64,000 nucleotides of DNA from Entomortierella parvispora E1425 (Eukaryota > Fungi > Mortierellomycota): the NCBI GenBank assembly GCA_020891255.1, contig BQFW01000002.1, forward strand, positions 3,720,001 through 3,784,000. The letters run 5' to 3'. Made by a program: the position numbers and the translations under genes. A model generated the notes under the pieces. That model was given only the letters and a program-made list of their open reading frames with translations, was not told the origin of the DNA and did no database searches. The first letter of the stretch is position 1; every line of letters begins with the position of its first letter. Below are positions 59,651 through 64,000 of the stretch, one piece after another.

Positions 59651-60504
59651 ACCTCGCCCTTCACACACACTCTTTCCCCTTTGTCTCCTCCCCTCGACCC
59701 TCAATCTCCTCGCACGTAGAAGCGATCTCTCTCTCTTGTTCCTCTCCAGGCTCCCACGCCTATTTTTCTTCTCGGACACTTGCTCTCACCGCTGCGTAGA
59801 CGAGCTCTCCCGCAGGTGCAGGCATTGAGCCTTAAAGATAGATAAAGATATAAAAAAAAAAAGGTCCATCCGACCTCATTTCCTTACGGTAAGAAACTGC
59901 CTTTTGCTTTATCGCGGGCTGCACCTGGACCCAAGCACTTTGTTTGTACTGTACATATTTGTTCGGAAATGATGTGCAATGGTCTCTCTCCTGGCAACTC
60001 CTCGACGTAAATAATCCCTTGACCCGTGCCCGTTTCTGGGTACTCCTGGCCAATGCGTCCTGCCCTTGGCCTTTTTTATTTTTTTCATTACTTCTCGTGC
60101 GTGTCTCCTTTCAGGCTCTCAAAAAAAACCCATAGTCTTTACTGCCTATCCCTCCCTTCCTGGCGACCTGGTCCGTCCCATTTTGGGCACAACCTTCTTT
60201 CCTTCCTTTCTTTAGTTCCCAAAGTACAGCAATCCTTCTTGTTCGGCTTTTGTTCACACAACTATAATCTTATTTTGTTCGCGCGTTTGTGTGTTCCTGC
60301 AGTAATTAACATCCAAGATGAGGTTCCCTTTTTTTTCGTGTTCTTTCGCGTCTCGATTCCTTCCGGATTTTGTCGCATTCTTTTTTTTTTTTTTTCTGTT
60401 GCTCTGTTACGTCCTCTCTTTCCCTGCCCTCCCCCCGGCTCTCCCCAAGAGCTGCTGCCTTTGTCTTGATGTTCGCCTGCCTTGTCAGCACCTTTGAATG
60501 CGCT

Positions 60505-60512
60505 TATAAATA
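60505..60512 (+). promoter_or_regulatory. TATAAATA, proximal promoter of the F-box gene
   Basis: Followed by a CT-rich region; the ATG is ~270 bp downstream. Confidence 0.5.
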
Positions 60513-60776
60513 GTCATTTTTCTCTTGTTATCACGACCCCTCCCTTCGTCACCCCCGCAGACCCGTTGAGCATTTCACAATAGTCACTTTGGCTTGCTCC
60601 CCCCCTCTTTCTATCCCCATCTCCTGCCTCCTTGCATTCAACTGTATATTCAACTGCACCAAACTGCAAACAAAAAGGGCAGAGGATCCAAGTATAAATC
60701 CCTAATTGGACGCCCCAATAATTACTTCCTTTGTTTCCAAAGACAGAGACGTTCACAGCAACAAGACTCGAACGCC

Positions 60777-63156
60777 ATGGCCGGCATCTTTCCCCCTCCA
60801 CTGTTCGATACAACGGAGCAGCAGCAGCAACAACAGAATCAGCCATATCAACAGCAACAGAATCAGCCATATCAACTACAACAAAAACAGTTGCAGTCCA
60901 CGCTCTCCCCCCCAATTTCTCCCATCGACAACACCCCGATTTCCGATATTCGTCAACAATACTACCACAGAGATCATCTCCGTTACCATCATAATCATTC
61001 TCAGAGCCTTGTCCACTGCTTCGACACTCTTGCAAAAAGGGGGACCAACAGTAACGACGCTCAAGAGGAAGACGATTATCCCATCTTTCAAAAGTTCCAT
61101 CACCCTCAAGAGCGCCATCACGGCCAACACCCTCTTAACCGCATCCAACCTTTCTCTTCCCTGCATCAACCATCTCAGCAACAACAACAGCCACAGACCG
61201 GATCAGACCTCCACAACGACACAGATATGGCCTGGAATCAACAAAAACATCAATGGCCCCCAGAGCGAAAATTCGTGCTCTCCAGTCCTCCCTCTTTCAG
61301 TCGAGGTCGTAACCCATCCACAGACTCGACAGGATCGGTCGGATCACCGACGCCTGCAGCGGTGATTGAGAAGGTGACGCTGCGGCCGTCGAGGGAGAGA
61401 CCGACTTCGGCCATGTACAAAATCACCTATGGCAAACCGTGGTCACCGTCCTCCATTACCAAGGTTGGCTCCACGCCTATCACGCCGATCACTCCCTCTC
61501 CCACCTCATCAACTTCGAGTCACTTTCCCCCATCTTCATCCTGTTCTTCGACGTACGAAAGTCTGCTGGAGCAAGTCGCCGCTCAAAAGGAAAAACTAAG
61601 GCATCTTGGCTCTGGGATCAAGGACGTGACATCCAACCTGCACTCACTGGACAAGACTCTGACAGAAGAACAAGAGTCCATAACAAGAGTCATGGGCGAG
61701 ACAGAGCGAGCCATTGAAGGGTGGGAACGAACATGGGCAGCGTATTCCAAATGTGAGCCTGTTGCGGCCCTTCAAGAACAACCCACGATGATGGCATCCT
61801 TGATCCAGGGCATGGGCTGGCATGAGAAGAAGGCCTTGTAAGTTTGGTGTTGATCCAGTTTATAATTCTTTCTCTCCCTTCCCTTTTTTTTTCCTGCCCC
61901 TCCCTTTCTCGTCCTCCTTTTGAAATTCGACGCGTTTCAGACTTTGTCGGGATAGTTCACTCGGAGGTAATCCCAATTTGCATTGACTAACCAGGCGATG
62001 CATGTCCCCATCACGATGACTTTTTGACGACCATAGGTTCGAGCAGCTCGTGGCGAGCTGTCAGCCACGCGAGGTGTACATGTTGCAGCAGCAGATCGTT
62101 CTTCATCACGGTCAGGTCGAGGGCTTTGATTTCCTTGAACAACTACCCCTGTCCATTTCAACCATGATCGTCAAGCTCTTACCCTTCAAAGACCTCAGCT
62201 CGTGTCGACTGGTAACGAACCTTTTTTTGGTCTAGAGTCGTGAATAGTGTATTCATGTTTTTAGATTCTCATCGTGCCCTCCATCCCTCATTTCCCCTAT
62301 TCTTACTAACGAAACCATCCTCTGTTTTATTTTTTGGTTTCCTTTTCCTGTCGAACAATGTAGGTGTCGCGCTCCTGGAATGAACGCGTCTTGTCTTATG
62401 ACGTGCTTGAAACAGCCATTCGTAAGCTCTCCTATGAAAACGACACCCTTCTTGTCAACGCCGAAGACGCAGTACTCTCCAATTGGAATTTGCTCTGCCG
62501 CTACCACGAGCGTGAACTGCGCTGGCGAAAGGTCAAACCCGCCTCCATTCAGCCCTTGCTAGCTCACTCCAGCTATGTGACCTCCGTGAAGGACCGAGGT
62601 GAATGGATCGTCAGTGGAGGATACGATGAAAAAGTGCGCCTCTGGGAGGCCGCCTCCGGCAAATGTGTCAAGATGTGGGAGGTAGGATCGGCCATCAGCT
62701 GTGTGGAACTTTTCATTGATGCTACCATGGAGGGAGGGGGTGTCGTGGTTGCCGCATTCGTGGACGTTGGGTAAGATGAAATGCAATGCTATCCGTGAAT
62801 GTTGCCGTGTTTTTTTTATTTTGCCTTTCACCAACCTTTTCTAACCTGCACGCTACCGTTGTTGATTCGTTCTTGACCCCATACCAGAGTGGTCAAGGTG
62901 TGGTCACTTCATGGCCCCTTGAATATGCAGTCGTTGACGGGTCACCAGAAGGGGGTGCGCGCCATCGCCATTAACGAGACATACCTGATTACTGCTGGAC
63001 ATGATCAGACCGTTGTCGGTTGGCATTGGGCATCCGGTCGTAAGGTTGCCAGTTTCCGTGCCCACAATGAAGTGGTAAGGGTCGCATATTAGACACACAC
63101 ACGACCATCCTCTCTTTCTCTCTCTTCCTCTTTTTTTTCTCTCCATCGTTCTCTCC

Positions 63157-63202
<46 letters not shown>

Positions 63203-64000
63203 TCTCCCTCCCTCCATCTCCATCTCCATCTCCATCTCTTCCCTTGAAACAGACCAGGATGATGCAAAGGGTTGGATACCAGCAGCTAAACAACCATTCC
63301 GTTCGTGTCCTTCTAGATTCAGAGCGTCCATTTGAGCAAAAACACGGTCTACTCATTGTGTATCGATGCCACACTGCGCGTCTTTGACATCCCGTCAAGG
63401 ATGCTTCTCCATCAGGTGAAGTTGTTTGAGGTGCAGCAAGGGTCAACCCTGCAGTGGTCCTGTCTCCGGGACAACGTTCTCGTTACCGCCACGAGCAAAA
63501 AGATATATATTTGGCAGCTGGAGCACCTTGAAAGCCTCGTGACACAGAACTACCAACTATCCCAATCCCAAGACTCCCGCCAAGTTTCTCGCCTCTCACT
63601 CGACTCTTCGTCCTCTGCTGACTCGTCAAGCACATCCAACACCATTGCCAGCCTGGAGAGTAGGAAGTATCCAGTCTACTCTTATCCTCCTCGATCACCC
63701 TCCCGTTCAACCACCTGTACATCCTTCACCAGCATGACTTCTGAGCCAGAGACCCCGACCATCTCATCTGTCGCTACCTCGCCACGCTCTGAGGCCGGAT
63801 CCTCCTACTTCTCCCTCGTCAAACTGGAGTCTTCATCGCCACCCGCACCCGCACCCGCAGCCGCTTTGATTGACTTTGAGCCAGTGGAGACTCGCGTGAA
63901 ACCCCTCCTCACTGCCGTGCTGAATATGACGACGGACATGTGGTGCGGCAAGATCACTCACCACAACCCACCAATGCTCTTCCTTGGATCGCGCAGCTCT
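60777..64000 (+). CDS. F-box/WD40 protein (Cdc4/Fbw7/beta-TrCP-like architecture); runs off the right edge
   Basis: Gln/Ser-rich N-terminus and a coiled coil; after the intron at 61838, the F-box DFLEQLPLSISTMIVKLLPFKDLSSCRL|VSRSWNE; WD repeats AHSSYVTSV..IVSGGYDEKVRLWE and GHQKGVRAIA..LITAGHDQTVVGWH. The last exon is open from ~63319 to the window end. Confidence 0.88.
63105..63240 (+). repeat. (TC)n and (CCATCT)n compound microsatellite in an F-box gene intron
   Basis: Read directly. Confidence 0.9.

Noticed and set aside
60594-60776. ORF-track N-terminal extension of the F-box ORF, and its apparent stop at 61841
   Set aside because: The start is a non-ATG codon in the leader; the stop lies inside a GTAAGT intron donor.
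1-64000. Transposase/RT domains, CRISPR arrays, rRNA, tRNA, telomeric repeats
   Set aside because: No supporting motifs were seen on either strand by inspection. tRNAscan-SE, Infernal and RepeatMasker runs would be needed to exclude small or degenerate elements.

Overview
Eukaryotic, intron-rich fungal DNA. The compact genes, CT-rich promoters, long poly-A/poly-T tracts and gene content suggest an early-diverging fungus, probably Mortierellaceae (inference). About 22 spliced protein-coding genes were reconstructed by hand, because the supplied ORF track splits them at introns. In order they are: HELLS/DDM1/IRC5-type SNF2 helicase (cut by the left edge), an orphan membrane-anchored disordered protein, NOC3, RPL31, palmitoyl-protein thioesterase, GST, a ~1900-aa CH-CH/charged-helix/rod actin-binding protein, NAD-GDH2, an MBOAT acyltransferase, a HAD phosphatase, a class I hyaluronan-synthase-like GT2, a ~2110-aa helical orphan, TMEM234, PPIL1, an OB-fold/CCCH/methyltransferase protein, a Zn2Cys6 transcription factor, POP7/Rpp20, an orphan zinc-finger-like protein, a VRG4-type GDP-mannose transporter, BolA, a possible small spliced ORF, and an F-box/WD40 gene (cut by the right edge). 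I found no tRNA, rRNA, CRISPR array or intact transposon. The strongest leads are: (1) an animal/chlorovirus-type hyaluronan-synthase-like gene next to an MBOAT and a HAD gene; (2) extensive base-paired structure in both RPL31 introns; (3) the giant unannotated helical protein with an RG-repeat tail; (4) the candidate RNA methyltransferase; (5) the giant actin-binding rod protein; (6) a purine-skewed higher-order minisatellite. All homology statements come from motif recognition, not database searches.
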